From: an uncultured Verrucomicrobiae bacterium
GTDB taxonomy: Bacteria; Chlamydiota; Chlamydiia; Chlamydiales; Rhabdochlamydiaceae
Direction of reading: 5' to 3'
Assembly (NCBI GenBank): GCA_963806855.1
Contig: CAWDYW010000002.1
Span: forward strand, 64,001-128,000
Length of the DNA stretch: 64,000 nucleotides
Position numbers and translations under genes: made by a program. The notes beneath the pieces were generated by a model. It had not been told where the DNA came from, did no database searches, and worked only from the letters and a program-made list of their open reading frames with translations. This document shows, piece by piece, positions 18,941 to 27,682 of this stretch; positions within the stretch are counted from its first letter, which is position 1; each line of letters starts with the position of its first letter.

Positions 18941-19996
18941 TCAATCTTCTATAGTTTCCAATCGTTTGCGGGCGTGCTCAATGGCTTTGTGCAGCTTCTC
19001 TCGCAGAATTTCCTTGGGAGGTAGGGCTGTGAGGTATTCGGCGACGTGGATGCCGGCTTGGTCTAGCTCGAGGAGTTCAATTTGCTCGCGTTGTTTGCCT
19101 GTACAGAGGATGAGCCCTAAGGGTGCCTGTTCCCCAGGTTGGCGCTCGTATTTATCGAGCCAACGGAGATATAGTTCCATTTGTCCTTTATGCTCGGGTT
19201 TGAAATCGCCAAGCTTTAGTTCGATAGCTACGAGGCGTTTTAATCCTCTGTGGAAAAAGAGAAGGTCGAGGTGGAAGTCCTTGCTGTCAATGATAATGCG
19301 TTTCTGGCGGGCGAGGAAGCAGAAGCCGATGCCTAATTCAAGGAGGAATTGCTCTAGTTCGCGCATGATTGCATCCTCAAGGTCCTTTTCGATATAGCGG
19401 TCGCTGAGGTTAAGAAATTCGAGTATGTAGGGGTCACGAAATACGAGATCTGGGGTAAGGAGGTCTTCCTTTCGTAGTGTGTCTAGCTCAGCTTGAGCGA
19501 CTAATTCAGGCCGCTTTGACAGCGCGGTGCGTTCGTAGAGCATAGAATCGACCTTGTCCTCTAGAGTGCGCACGTTCCACTTTTCTATTCGACACATCTC
19601 GGTGTAAAAATCGCGTTTGATAGGGTCTTTGAGAGGAAGAAGGACCGTAATATGGGTCCATGTTAATTGTCGCGCCAGCGGTGCGACAATCTGCTCATCG
19701 GGGAAGAGTTCGCCGAATTGGACCATTCGACGCAAGCTCTTCTCAGAAAACCCTTTGCCGTAATGCTGAGTTAATTGTCGCGCCACTGCTGCGACAATTC
19801 CCCTTCCATATTCGGCACGTTCATCTTTCAAAATTTCTTTTCGTATTCTGTTCCCTAAGTGCCAATAAAGCATTGTTAGCCTTGCATTGACTGTAGAAGC
19901 AATGGACTCTCGGGCCTGGTCGATCAGGCCACGAAGCTCTCCGACGAGATTTTCAACCTGGGGCTCTAGGGCTGTTTCCTGGTATTGTAGGGTCAT
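18941..19996 (-). CDS. YhcG/DUF1016 PD-(D/E)XK nuclease-domain protein
   Basis: LYWHLG, RAEYG, FRDPYILEFL, FLLELGIGFCFLARQKR, DLLFFHRGLKRLVAIELK, GQMELYL. Confidence 0.93.
   Translation of the reverse strand: MTLQYQETALEPQVENLVGELRGLIDQARESIASTVNARLTMLYWHLGNRIRKEILKDERAEYGRGIVAAVARQLTQHYGKGFSEKSLRRMVQFGELFPDEQIVAPLARQLTWTHITVLLPLKDPIKRDFYTEMCRIEKWNVRTLEDKVDSMLYERTALSKRPELVAQAELDTLRKEDLLTPDLVFRDPYILEFLNLSDRYIEKDLEDAIMRELEQFLLELGIGFCFLARQKRIIIDSKDFHLDLLFFHRGLKRLVAIELKLGDFKPEHKGQMELYLRWLDKYERQPGEQAPLGLILCTGKQREQIELLELDQAGIHVAEYLTALPPKEILREKLHKAIEHARKRLETIED
19662..19798. repeat. Two 29-bp palindromic direct repeats, 108 bp apart, inside the YhcG gene
   Basis: gttaattgtcgc-gccagcggt-gcgacaat (19662-19690) and gttaattgtcgc-gccactgct-gcgacaat (19770-19798). 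Confidence 0.8.
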
Positions 19997-21063
19997 ACTT
20001 TTTCTCCTTTGAGGATCTGTTCTGAGATCTTGTTACTGAACTCTTTTGTGACTTGGACATCCATGTGGGTGTAGTGCATCAACATGGCTAAAGTTTTGTG
20101 TCCAGTGGCGGTGGCCAGCTGAAGATTGGATGCTCCTCGGGACGCGGCGAGGGTGCAAAATGTATGACGCATGTCGTGAGCCCGACAATTAGTGATCCCT
20201 GCGCGGGAGAGGGCGGTTTGCCATGCTTTCTTGATGTCGATGCGGCCAAAGGCTGTTTTGCTTGCAAAGACTAGGGGTTTCTGGGGATTGCGGTTTTGGT
20301 GGAATCGATGAAGTTCTTCTAGTACAGGATCACAGAGAGCAATGCTGCGGGGATGGCCATTTTTGCTCTCTCGGATGTAAGCGAGCTTGTTTTCGAAGTC
20401 GATGTCTTTCCATTCGAGGTTGAGGAGTTCGCCTTGCCTTGCCCCCGTTGTGAGAGAGAGCAGAATTATGCAGTAGAGATAGGGTGATTTGCTCTCCTTG
20501 GCCGCTGATAGGAGGCCAGTGATCTCCTCCTCGGAGAGGACACGGTCCCGTCCACGGTTTTCTTTGAGCTTTTTTAGGCGCAGGGCTGGATTGTCGCTGA
20601 GCCAATTGAGGTGGGTGGATGCATAGCTGAGAAGGGAGGAGAGGGACGACATGTAACGATTGGTGGTTGCGGTCGTTCGTTTGGTCCCTTTGCTGGTAGG
20701 GGTTTCTGAGAGGTGATGACGCTCTTTGCTAAGGAGTTCTGTGTTGATGTGAATGATCCCATAGGAACCAAGCCGCGACTTCCAGTAGGTAAGGTGGCGA
20801 CAGGTATCATCAGCAGAGCGGTGGTGCTCTAAACTGCCGTCTTGGATGTAGCGATCGACGAGTTCTTCGAAGCTATGGAGCTTTTTGTACTGGTCAAAAT
20901 TGAACTTGCCGAACTTGATTTGCCGTTCGGTTTCTTTGGCCCAGTCTTCGGCCTCTTGCTTGCGTTCGAAGCTGTTACAGACTGTGGGGAAGCCTTTAAT
21001 GCGAACAACGGCTCGCCAGACGGAAGTGCCGTTTTCATTTTTGCGTTTGTAAATAGATGCCAT
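19993..21063 (-). CDS. Tyrosine recombinase / integrase
   Basis: Catalytic set TGARQGE, SKNG, HDMRH, GHKT, HY; N-terminal arm-binding-like domain; adjacent to the att/tRNA. Confidence 0.95.
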   Translation of the reverse strand: MASIYKRKNENGTSVWRAVVRIKGFPTVCNSFERKQEAEDWAKETERQIKFGKFNFDQYKKLHSFEELVDRYIQDGSLEHHRSADDTCRHLTYWKSRLGSYGIIHINTELLSKERHHLSETPTSKGTKRTTATTNRYMSSLSSLLSYASTHLNWLSDNPALRLKKLKENRGRDRVLSEEEITGLLSAAKESKSPYLYCIILLSLTTGARQGELLNLEWKDIDFENKLAYIRESKNGHPRSIALCDPVLEELHRFHQNRNPQKPLVFASKTAFGRIDIKKAWQTALSRAGITNCRAHDMRHTFCTLAASRGASNLQLATATGHKTLAMLMHYTHMDVQVTKEFSNKISEQILKGEKV

Positions 21064-21222
21064 GTTCCAACCTTTTGGGTTAAGGGTTTGGTTGGATGGC
21101 GCTGGCTAGATTGTTTTTCAATGCACCGCCATTGCACCATGATCGGCAAATTTAAACTTGAACTTGATATTTGTGCAAGTTTTACTTCACGTATTCATAG
21201 AGAAATGAGGGGCTTAGGAAAA

Positions 21223-21295
21223 TGGGGCAACCTGGGATTGAACCAGGGACCGACGGGTTATGAGTCCGCTGCTCTAACCACTGAGCTATTGCCCC
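21223..21295 (-). tRNA. tRNA with CAT anticodon (probably tRNA-Ile2; elongator Met not excluded), integration target
   Basis: GGGGCAATAGCTCAGTGGTTAGAGCAGCGGACTCATAACCCGTCGGTCCCTGGTTCAATCCCAGGTTGCCCCA folds as a cloverleaf; CCA not encoded. Confidence 0.93.
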
Positions 21296-21304
21296 AAACG
21301 GGAA

Positions 21305-22579
21305 CTACCAACTAATGCGAAGGCGAAGATTGGAATCATCTTTAGACCTACATCCTTCCCTATAAGTAAATATATATTGGTTAATAATCTCCTTGTTCGA
21401 GATTTCGAAGGATTCAAGTGCTTTATTTATCGAATGGCGTAAACTCCCACAATTTATATTAATTTCTAGATTATTGTTTGATAAATTAAATGGAATTCCA
21501 AGACATTTGTAGAGGTAATATGGCTTTAATAAATCCCATACTTTCTTTTTTCCGACTCCCTGAATACAATTTAATAATGCCATTTCTCGATATTCTTTTT
21601 CTGTATGAAAAGCTTCTTTTAGGGATACATAGGCATTTTTTATTATTGAAAACATTTTCTGATCTCCACCCTTATCAGGATGGAACAAGCTTGCATGTGT
21701 ACGGAATGTTGTTCCGATCGATTCCAAGGCTTCTGCCTGGTGATCCCAGTTAATAGAAGGGTTAACACATTGGAAAACTCCTTTTGCTTCATCTAGGAAT
21801 TCAGCTTCGCCAAAACCTGAGATGCATTTGGCGATTTCTCCTAATCGAGGAATTGGATTGAGTACTTTTACAATTCTTGACATAGGTGTGCTAATTCTCT
21901 GCGATAGGATTAACGCTTTACCAGAGTCAGCGCTGCAAGGAATATCTTTAGGCGAAAAGCTCTTCAGTACTGTTTCCTTTATGGGCTCAGGCTGGAAAAT
22001 TTGCTTTATGTTGTTTAAGATTTCAGAGCTAGAGTCAGCATTGCTAGGAATATCTTTAGGCGAAAAGCTCTTCAGTACTGTTTGATTTATGGACTCAGGC
22101 CGGAAAATCTGCTTTGTGTTGTTTAAGATTTCAGATTTTTCTATGGGCAATTCGGGTAAAGAGTTCGTTCTTCGATATACAATGAAAAGGACTATCGCAA
22201 CTGCCAAAATGGGCGGTAGAACGGTTTTGGCAATGGATAAATAAGATCGGGAAGGAGTAGTAGGGAGTGGGGTTTCTATAGGAGGTGGTTCTTTTGATTC
22301 TGCTTCCTTTATCGGCTCGGCCCAGGGAGAAAGCTGCGCAATCTTCAGCTCCATCGATTCTATTAAGCTCTCAATATTTTCACTTAAATTCGTAGGGTTA
22401 AGGCCGGGGAGTGTGTTTATAATAAATTTAACAACTCTGAGACAAGTAACGGCAATAGACTCAAAAGAATATGCTATTAAATAGAGCGGGGTAATTAATA
22501 CCATTTTTGCTTTTTCTTGAAAGGAAAAAGGTGTTTCTTGAGAAAGCACTATAAAGTCTGAGTTAACCGCTCTGGTCAT
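21305..22579 (-). CDS. Membrane-anchored hypothetical protein with tandem repeats and a J-domain-like HPD motif (candidate effector)
   Basis: TM ILAVAIVLFIVY; two 36-aa repeats; LFHPDKGGDQKMFSIIKNAY. Confidence 0.75.
   Translation of the reverse strand: MTRAVNSDFIVLSQETPFSFQEKAKMVLITPLYLIAYSFESIAVTCLRVVKFIINTLPGLNPTNLSENIESLIESMELKIAQLSPWAEPIKEAESKEPPPIETPLPTTPSRSYLSIAKTVLPPILAVAIVLFIVYRRTNSLPELPIEKSEILNNTKQIFRPESINQTVLKSFSPKDIPSNADSSSEILNNIKQIFQPEPIKETVLKSFSPKDIPCSADSGKALILSQRISTPMSRIVKVLNPIPRLGEIAKCISGFGEAEFLDEAKGVFQCVNPSINWDHQAEALESIGTTFRTHASLFHPDKGGDQKMFSIIKNAYVSLKEAFHTEKEYREMALLNCIQGVGKKKVWDLLKPYYLYKCLGIPFNLSNNNLEININCGSLRHSINKALESFEISNKEIINQYIFTYREGCRSKDDSNLRLRISW
21923..22135. repeat. 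Intragenic tandem repeat, 2 x 108 bp
   Basis: Encodes SEILNNTKQIFRPESINQTVLKSFSPKDIPSNADS / SEILNNIKQIFQPEPIKETVLKSFSPKDIPCSADS. Confidence 0.92.
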
Positions 22580-22587
22580 AATGAAAT

Positions 22588-22616
22588 ATTATATGCCAAA
22601 AGGCTACTTTTTTCAA
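22588..22616 (-). promoter_or_regulatory. sigma66/sigma70-type promoter for 21305..22579
   Basis: TTGAAA-17 bp-TATAAT on the minus strand. Confidence 0.65.
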
Positions 22617-22661
22617 TCGTTCTTTTCGAAAATTCGCCATTCATGCTATTGAGAAGGTAAT

Positions 22662-23891
22662 ATGAGCTATCATAAGAGAATTTTCACCGCTTTTTCCCTT
22701 TCGCTCTGTTGCTTTACCCTTTTTGCCTCCGAGGATGAGGGGGTGCTGGAGGATCAGGAGGTAGCCGATGCTTCCCATGCGTTCTTCATGAGCCGGGTCG
22801 AGGCGATCCCTGATAAAAAGCTGAAGGAGCATAATACGGACCACTATCTAGAGGGGTATATCCAGGCTCTTCTCGATATGCACTACTATGAGCACCAGGT
22901 CATTGTCCTGGTCGATCAGGGGGTGGTCTATCTCTATAATCTGCCGAATAACGCTCTCTTGGCCAACTCGATTATCGACTTCGTTGAGGACTTGCCCTGC
23001 GTTGAAGAGGTTCGTGTCAAGTGTGAGCTGACTCCTGAGGAGTGCGAGCGGCGCAAGAGTTATGTCGAACAGCCCTACACTAGCGGGATTTGGTTCCCGC
23101 AGTCGACGGTGGTCTTTTTACCTTTAGTGGCTAACCCGAGAGAAGTGGTCAACTCGATCGCTTATCGATCGGGGGATAGGGTGGTGGGAAAGACCTGTAT
23201 TGCGATTGCCATTGGCGATAACTTCCCCATTTATCGCTGGACGAATGTGTTTAAGTGGTGTGGGGACCTGCAGATCGGGATCGAGGCGGGCATTTGGGCT
23301 CCATTCAATTTCCACCATGTACCGCATCGCGGGGGAACTAAATGCGAGTTGTTCAACACCGACTATCTGCTTGGGATTCCTCTCGACTATGCGTTTGATA
23401 AATGGGCGTTTCGTCTTGAGCTCTATCACATTTCGAGCCACTTGGGCGATGAGTTCTTATTCAACCGTCCCGATTTTCTCCCAAGACGGGTAAACCCCAG
23501 TTTTGAGGCGCTGGTCTTTTATACCTCTTACCAGGTGACAAGGTTCTTGCGCTTATATTTCGGTCCCGGCGTTATCATCCATAGCGACCAATCGTTTAAG
23601 ATGGACAATTTTTACATCGATTACGGGTTAGAAGCCCGCTTCTTTCCAGTTCGGTTCTGCTATCAGCGGATCTATGGGACTTTCTTTGTGGCTCTCGATG
23701 TCCAAAACTGGCAGGTGCGACATTGGAACTTTGATTGGACGATCAAAGGGGGCTATGAGTTCAGCAAGCTGGCTGGTGTCGGCCGCAAAGTGAGGCTATT
23801 CGCTTCCTATCACTGGGGCTACTCCTACGAGGGGCAGTTCTTCCTGAAGAAAACGCGCTACGGCGAGTATGGCCTCTCCTGGGGCTTTTAA
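22662..23891 (+). CDS. DUF1207-family chlamydial exported protein (CT389-like)
   Basis: Signal peptide; YLEGYIQALLDMHY, YHISSHLGDEF, GYSYEGQF, aromatic C-terminus; synteny with LOG-like/MYG1/HIT. Confidence 0.8.
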   Translation: MSYHKRIFTAFSLSLCCFTLFASEDEGVLEDQEVADASHAFFMSRVEAIPDKKLKEHNTDHYLEGYIQALLDMHYYEHQVIVLVDQGVVYLYNLPNNALLANSIIDFVEDLPCVEEVRVKCELTPEECERRKSYVEQPYTSGIWFPQSTVVFLPLVANPREVVNSIAYRSGDRVVGKTCIAIAIGDNFPIYRWTNVFKWCGDLQIGIEAGIWAPFNFHHVPHRGGTKCELFNTDYLLGIPLDYAFDKWAFRLELYHISSHLGDEFLFNRPDFLPRRVNPSFEALVFYTSYQVTRFLRLYFGPGVIIHSDQSFKMDNFYIDYGLEARFFPVRFCYQRIYGTFFVALDVQNWQVRHWNFDWTIKGGYEFSKLAGVGRKVRLFASYHWGYSYEGQFFLKKTRYGEYGLSWGF

Positions 23892-24053
23892 CCTGAATTT
23901 TGGGTTTATTCCCCGGATAATCAATAGCTTTTCGCGATATTTTGCATTTTTCTCCTCGTTCATAGAAGCCTTCGGCTATGTACTTCGGAGAAAAATTCAA
24001 AATCTCATCGAAAATCTTATTGATTCTCATGGGGAATTAACCCAAAACTCAGG
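23892..24053. repeat. Palindromic MITE-like element between convergent genes, with an apparent 7-bp target duplication
   Basis: Imperfect inverted arms (cctgaattttgggtttattcccc... / ...ggggaattaacccaaaactcagg), central catag...ctatg hairpin, flanked by cttttaa at 23885-23891 and 24054-24060. Confidence 0.8.
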
Positions 24054-24056
24054 CTT

Positions 24057-26153
24057 TTAATTAACGGTGAAAAATCCCTCTTTGGAGAACGGGCTGTGCT
24101 TGCCGATTGGCAAGGTGCCGCTGAAGTACTGTTTGTAGATTTTAAGGGCTTGGGTAGGGGTTTGGACGCAGTAGAAGCAGTTGCTTACCCATTCGTGTCC
24201 TCGGATCGTTCCGCTTCTTAAATTAGCTTGGAAGGTTGGGGTGATTTTGTCTCTCCAGTAGTCGAGTTCTCCGAGGAGCAGGACGGGGGTCGGTGTATTC
24301 ATACTCACTTTGCGGCGCACTCCTTCGAGGGCAAATTCAAAATCGGTCCCATAGCCACCCATGAGGAAGATCGGAAAGTCGAGGTTGAACTCGGCTTGTC
24401 GTTCGACCAGCCGGTCGAGACGGTAGGTCATCTTGGCATCGATGTAGGCGTTAGTTTGCTGCTCCGCTCCGGTGAAATCGACGATGTTGGCGCAGGAGAG
24501 GATGTTTAGGGAGCGGGCAACTCGGTTGCCAACCTCCATCAGTCCTGGGCCGCCGCCGGTGATGAGGGTGAGGGGAGTGTCTCGATTGAGGAGGGGGTGG
24601 TTGACATGGGAACGCATCTCGAGCACTCCTTCGAGGATTTCGGTCAGCTCTTTATCGAATTGGAGGTTGATGAGGGTAGAACCGTAAACCCCAAAGGCGG
24701 TCGCTCCAATGAATTGCTTTACCTGAGCAAGCGGGACGAACATACCGGTATCTTTATCAGGCTTGGGAGTAAAGCGAAGCACTTTGCCGCATGTTTTATC
24801 TACCCAGAAGATCGGGATGGCAAATTTGTCTAGGTCGATCAGCATCGAGCGGTCTTCGTGCGAGAAAAACTCTCCCTGCGACTGGGATGGGGTCAAAAAG
24901 TAGATTCCTTTGAGTGAGCTTTGCACCATATCGCCAAGGAGCATTTTTTTCATGAGGGGGGAGGGGAAGTAGCGGCAGAAGAGGACTCCCTGCGAGGTGA
25001 TCAGTCCGCTTTCGATTGCTTTGAGGAAGGGGTAGGAGGGTTGCTGCTGAATATATTCGTTGACCATTTGCGATTGTTTCAGCGGATCAAAAAGGCCAGG
25101 AAAGTGCTCAGGATGGACTTTGCGGCTGATCCAATCTTTCGTGGTGAGGTTGAGCATCTGCTCCCCTTTGACGACGAAGACTGCAGAACGAAGCGAAGGA
25201 TCTTTGGGGGCGGTTTCGAAGACTTTAAAGACCGCTTTTGGATCTTCGAGCGAGCTGATCAGCTGGTCCCGGTCGCTGAAAAAAACGTGCTCCCGGTGAG
25301 GCTCAAGGGTATAGAACTCAAGGGGAATGTAGGTCATCTCGGCTTTGGACTTGCCGAAAAGCTCAAACACATCGCCCGATGCTTTCGTGTCGGGCTGCAA
25401 AACGTTAGCAGAGGTGTGGTGAACGCCTTCGGGGAGCATCGAGTCGATGACCCGGCCAAACACGGTTCGAATATGCAGGGGAGTGGTATTAGCAAGCAAG
25501 ATTTCCCCTTCTTTGACCACGCGTGGGGCTCCCTCTTTCCACACCTGGTGAAGGGTGAGCAGCTCGCGCGTTTTGATTTTGGGGATGCAGAGCGCGCGGG
25601 TGAGGGTAGGGATAAAATCGGCGGTATTCTCATCATATTCGAGCACCCCACTCCGCAAGCCTAAGCGGGCGACGGTATAGCCATCGATCTTTTCCAGCTG
25701 CAGCTCATTGCCCCCTTGTGTGCCGAGAGAAAGGAGGGGCAAATTGTCTCGATCCGACCTGTGAAACATTCTCAGCAAATAGTCGGGATCTCGGACTCGT
25801 CTTCTCGAATCTGCGGCGAACAGTTTTCCGATGAAACAGCCCTCTGTCAGATTCTGGAGGACGATTTTTCCAAGATGGCCGAAGCTTCGCAGCTCTACTT
25901 GGATCTCTGCTGAACGGGTAATCGGATCTAGTTCAAACTGTTTGGAGGCCCCGTCGACTCCAAGTTGGGCGAGTGAGCTTTTGATGTTAAAAAAAATGGA
26001 GGAGGGATCAATAGAAAAACCGACAAAGACAGGAGAGATCGCTTCAATTAGGACGATCACATCCATCGTCGATTCAGTTCGCTTAAGGATGCGGGTGATC
26101 ATCCCGTCTGGAGTGACAAGGTCGTAGTGTGCAGAGGCGAGATAGCTTTCCAT
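24057..26153 (-). CDS. Conserved chlamydial protein with a C-terminal LOG/lysine-decarboxylase-like nucleotide-binding domain (CT387-like)
   Basis: GVYGS, ITGGGPGLMEVGNR, LVERQAEF, GGYGTDFE; likely start MESYL at 26153. Confidence 0.85.
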   Translation of the reverse strand: MESYLASAHYDLVTPDGMITRILKRTESTMDVIVLIEAISPVFVGFSIDPSSIFFNIKSSLAQLGVDGASKQFELDPITRSAEIQVELRSFGHLGKIVLQNLTEGCFIGKLFAADSRRRVRDPDYLLRMFHRSDRDNLPLLSLGTQGGNELQLEKIDGYTVARLGLRSGVLEYDENTADFIPTLTRALCIPKIKTRELLTLHQVWKEGAPRVVKEGEILLANTTPLHIRTVFGRVIDSMLPEGVHHTSANVLQPDTKASGDVFELFGKSKAEMTYIPLEFYTLEPHREHVFFSDRDQLISSLEDPKAVFKVFETAPKDPSLRSAVFVVKGEQMLNLTTKDWISRKVHPEHFPGLFDPLKQSQMVNEYIQQQPSYPFLKAIESGLITSQGVLFCRYFPSPLMKKMLLGDMVQSSLKGIYFLTPSQSQGEFFSHEDRSMLIDLDKFAIPIFWVDKTCGKVLRFTPKPDKDTGMFVPLAQVKQFIGATAFGVYGSTLINLQFDKELTEILEGVLEMRSHVNHPLLNRDTPLTLITGGGPGLMEVGNRVARSLNILSCANIVDFTGAEQQTNAYIDAKMTYRLDRLVERQAEFNLDFPIFLMGGYGTDFEFALEGVRRKVSMNTPTPVLLLGELDYWRDKITPTFQANLRSGTIRGHEWVSNCFYCVQTPTQALKIYKQYFSGTLPIGKHSPFSKEGFFTVN

Positions 26154-26166
26154 ACTAATTCTCTTA

Positions 26167-26335
26167 AACTCGACTTTGTACATTTTTTGGCGAGCAGATC
26201 CGAAGGAGGCGTCCGATGATTTCATTATTTTTTTGCGAGTTCATAGCTGCGAAGGCCCTATGGACGAGCAAAAAAATAATAAAAGCGCGGACGTTTTCCT
26301 AGGAGATGCCGAAAAAAAATGTACAAAGTCGAGTT
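26167..26335. repeat. Palindromic MITE-like element (169 bp)
   Basis: Perfect 22-bp terminal IR aactcgactttgtacatttttt / aaaaaatgtacaaagtcgagtt; inner IR attattttttt / aaaaaaataat; central catag...ctatg hairpin. Confidence 0.88.
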
Positions 26336-26385
26336 ATACTCTATAGTTGTTTTTTTTATAGTGGATTAAGGAGACTTAAGATATC

Positions 26386-27279
26386 ATGGCCGATTTTTTA
26401 GGAAAGATGATGATTTCACGCAGTTTTGGTACTCACGACGGAACTTTTCACGCTGATGAAGTCAGCGCATGTGCTCTTTTGCTCGTCTTCAACCTGATTG
26501 ACCGAGACAAAATTTTTCGGACGCGCGATCCTGAAAAGCTGGCACAGTGTGAGTATGTGTGTGACGTCGGGGGAGTATACGACCCAAAGAAAAAGCGATT
26601 TGATCACCATCAATTGGAATACACCGGGGACCTTTCAAGCGCCGGGATGATCTGGCTCTATCTGCGCGATCAGAAACTGGTCGATCAGCCCTTATACGAT
26701 TTTGTCAACCACTCGATTGTCCTCGGGATCGATGCACACGATACCGGAAAAGTGATGCAGAAGGAGGGCGTCTGCACCTTCTCTCATGTGGTCGCCAACT
26801 ATGTTCCGATTTCCTATGGCAGCGACGATAAGCAGCAGAACATCGCCTTTTTTCAAGCGCTCGACTTTGTGGTGGCCCATTTTGAGAGGCTCCTTAAACG
26901 TTATCGGTACATTTTGTCATGCCGAGACAAAGTGGCAGCTGCGATGGCCCCTCGCACCAAAGCTCTGATTTTCGATGAGTCAATGCCATGGCAGGAGAAT
27001 TTCTTCGAGCTCGGCGGAGAGCATCATCCTGCTCTGTTTGTGATTATGCCTGCGCAAGACCATTGGAAACTGCGGGGGATCCCCCCAAATCCGCATGAAA
27101 AGATGGATGTGCGGATGCCTCTGCCAGAAAAATGGGCCGGTCTACGCGATGAAGCCTTACAAGAGGCATCAGGGATCAAAGGGGCGATTTTCTGTCACAA
27201 GGGGCGATTTATTTCCGTTTGGGAAACAAAAGAAGATGCACTAAAAGCCCTAAGCGCTATATTAGGAGAGAAGGGATGA
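26386..27279 (+). CDS. MYG1-family (DHH-like) exonuclease/hydrolase
   Basis: GTHDGTFHADE, RTRD, DVGGVYD...RFDHHQ, LSSAG, FCHKGRF. Confidence 0.93.
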   Translation: MADFLGKMMISRSFGTHDGTFHADEVSACALLLVFNLIDRDKIFRTRDPEKLAQCEYVCDVGGVYDPKKKRFDHHQLEYTGDLSSAGMIWLYLRDQKLVDQPLYDFVNHSIVLGIDAHDTGKVMQKEGVCTFSHVVANYVPISYGSDDKQQNIAFFQALDFVVAHFERLLKRYRYILSCRDKVAAAMAPRTKALIFDESMPWQENFFELGGEHHPALFVIMPAQDHWKLRGIPPNPHEKMDVRMPLPEKWAGLRDEALQEASGIKGAIFCHKGRFISVWETKEDALKALSAILGEKG

Positions 27280-27614
27280 CCACTGTATTTGGAAGAATTA
27301 TTAGGGGCGAGCTTCCCTGCGATAAAGTCTATGAAACCGAGAACGTGATCGCGTTTAAAGACATCGCACCGAAAGCTCCGATTCACATTTTAATTGTGCC
27401 CAAAAAGGAAATACCGACACTCCAAGACGTCACAGTGGAAGACTATCCCCTCATAGGTGAAATGATTGGCGTGGCGCAAGCGTTGGCAAAACAATTTGGG
27501 ATCGAAGATGGATACCGTCTTTTGGTCAACAACGGTCCTAACTCGGGCCAAGCTGTCTATCACCTCCATTTTCATTTGATTGGGGGAAAACGGTTATCAC
27601 ACGATTTGGGTTAA
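27276..27614 (+). CDS. hinT: Histidine triad (HIT) nucleotide-binding protein
   Basis: TVFGRIIRGELP, AFKDIAPKAPIHILIVPK, GQAVYHLHFHLIGG; start ATG at 27276. Confidence 0.93.
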   Translation: MTTVFGRIIRGELPCDKVYETENVIAFKDIAPKAPIHILIVPKKEIPTLQDVTVEDYPLIGEMIGVAQALAKQFGIEDGYRLLVNNGPNSGQAVYHLHFHLIGGKRLSHDLG

Positions 27615-27682
27615 TTCTATTAGTTCTTTGTCAAACTGCTTTTGCCCTCGAAAACGATGCTGCGAAACGGGTCCATACCCAT

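Larger units (their letters stand above)
8007..21264. mobile_element. tRNA-integrated element / phage-satellite-like genomic island, 13.26 kb
   Basis: Flanking 46-bp direct repeats, tyrosine integrase next to the tRNA, excisionase-like, primase and DUF3987 genes, defence-type cargo. Confidence 0.93.

Noticed and set aside
8007..21264. Prophage or conjugative element
   Set aside because: No recognisable capsid, portal, terminase, tail, lysis, relaxase or T4SS genes.
23761..24060. ORFs 23761..24030 (-) and 23869..24060 (+) as genes
   Set aside because: They overlap the DUF1207 gene and are explained by the palindromic element.
26154..26225. 24-aa N-terminal extension of the CT387-like protein
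   Set aside because: It derives mostly from the inserted palindromic element; MESYL at 26153 is the more plausible start, though use of the extension cannot be excluded.
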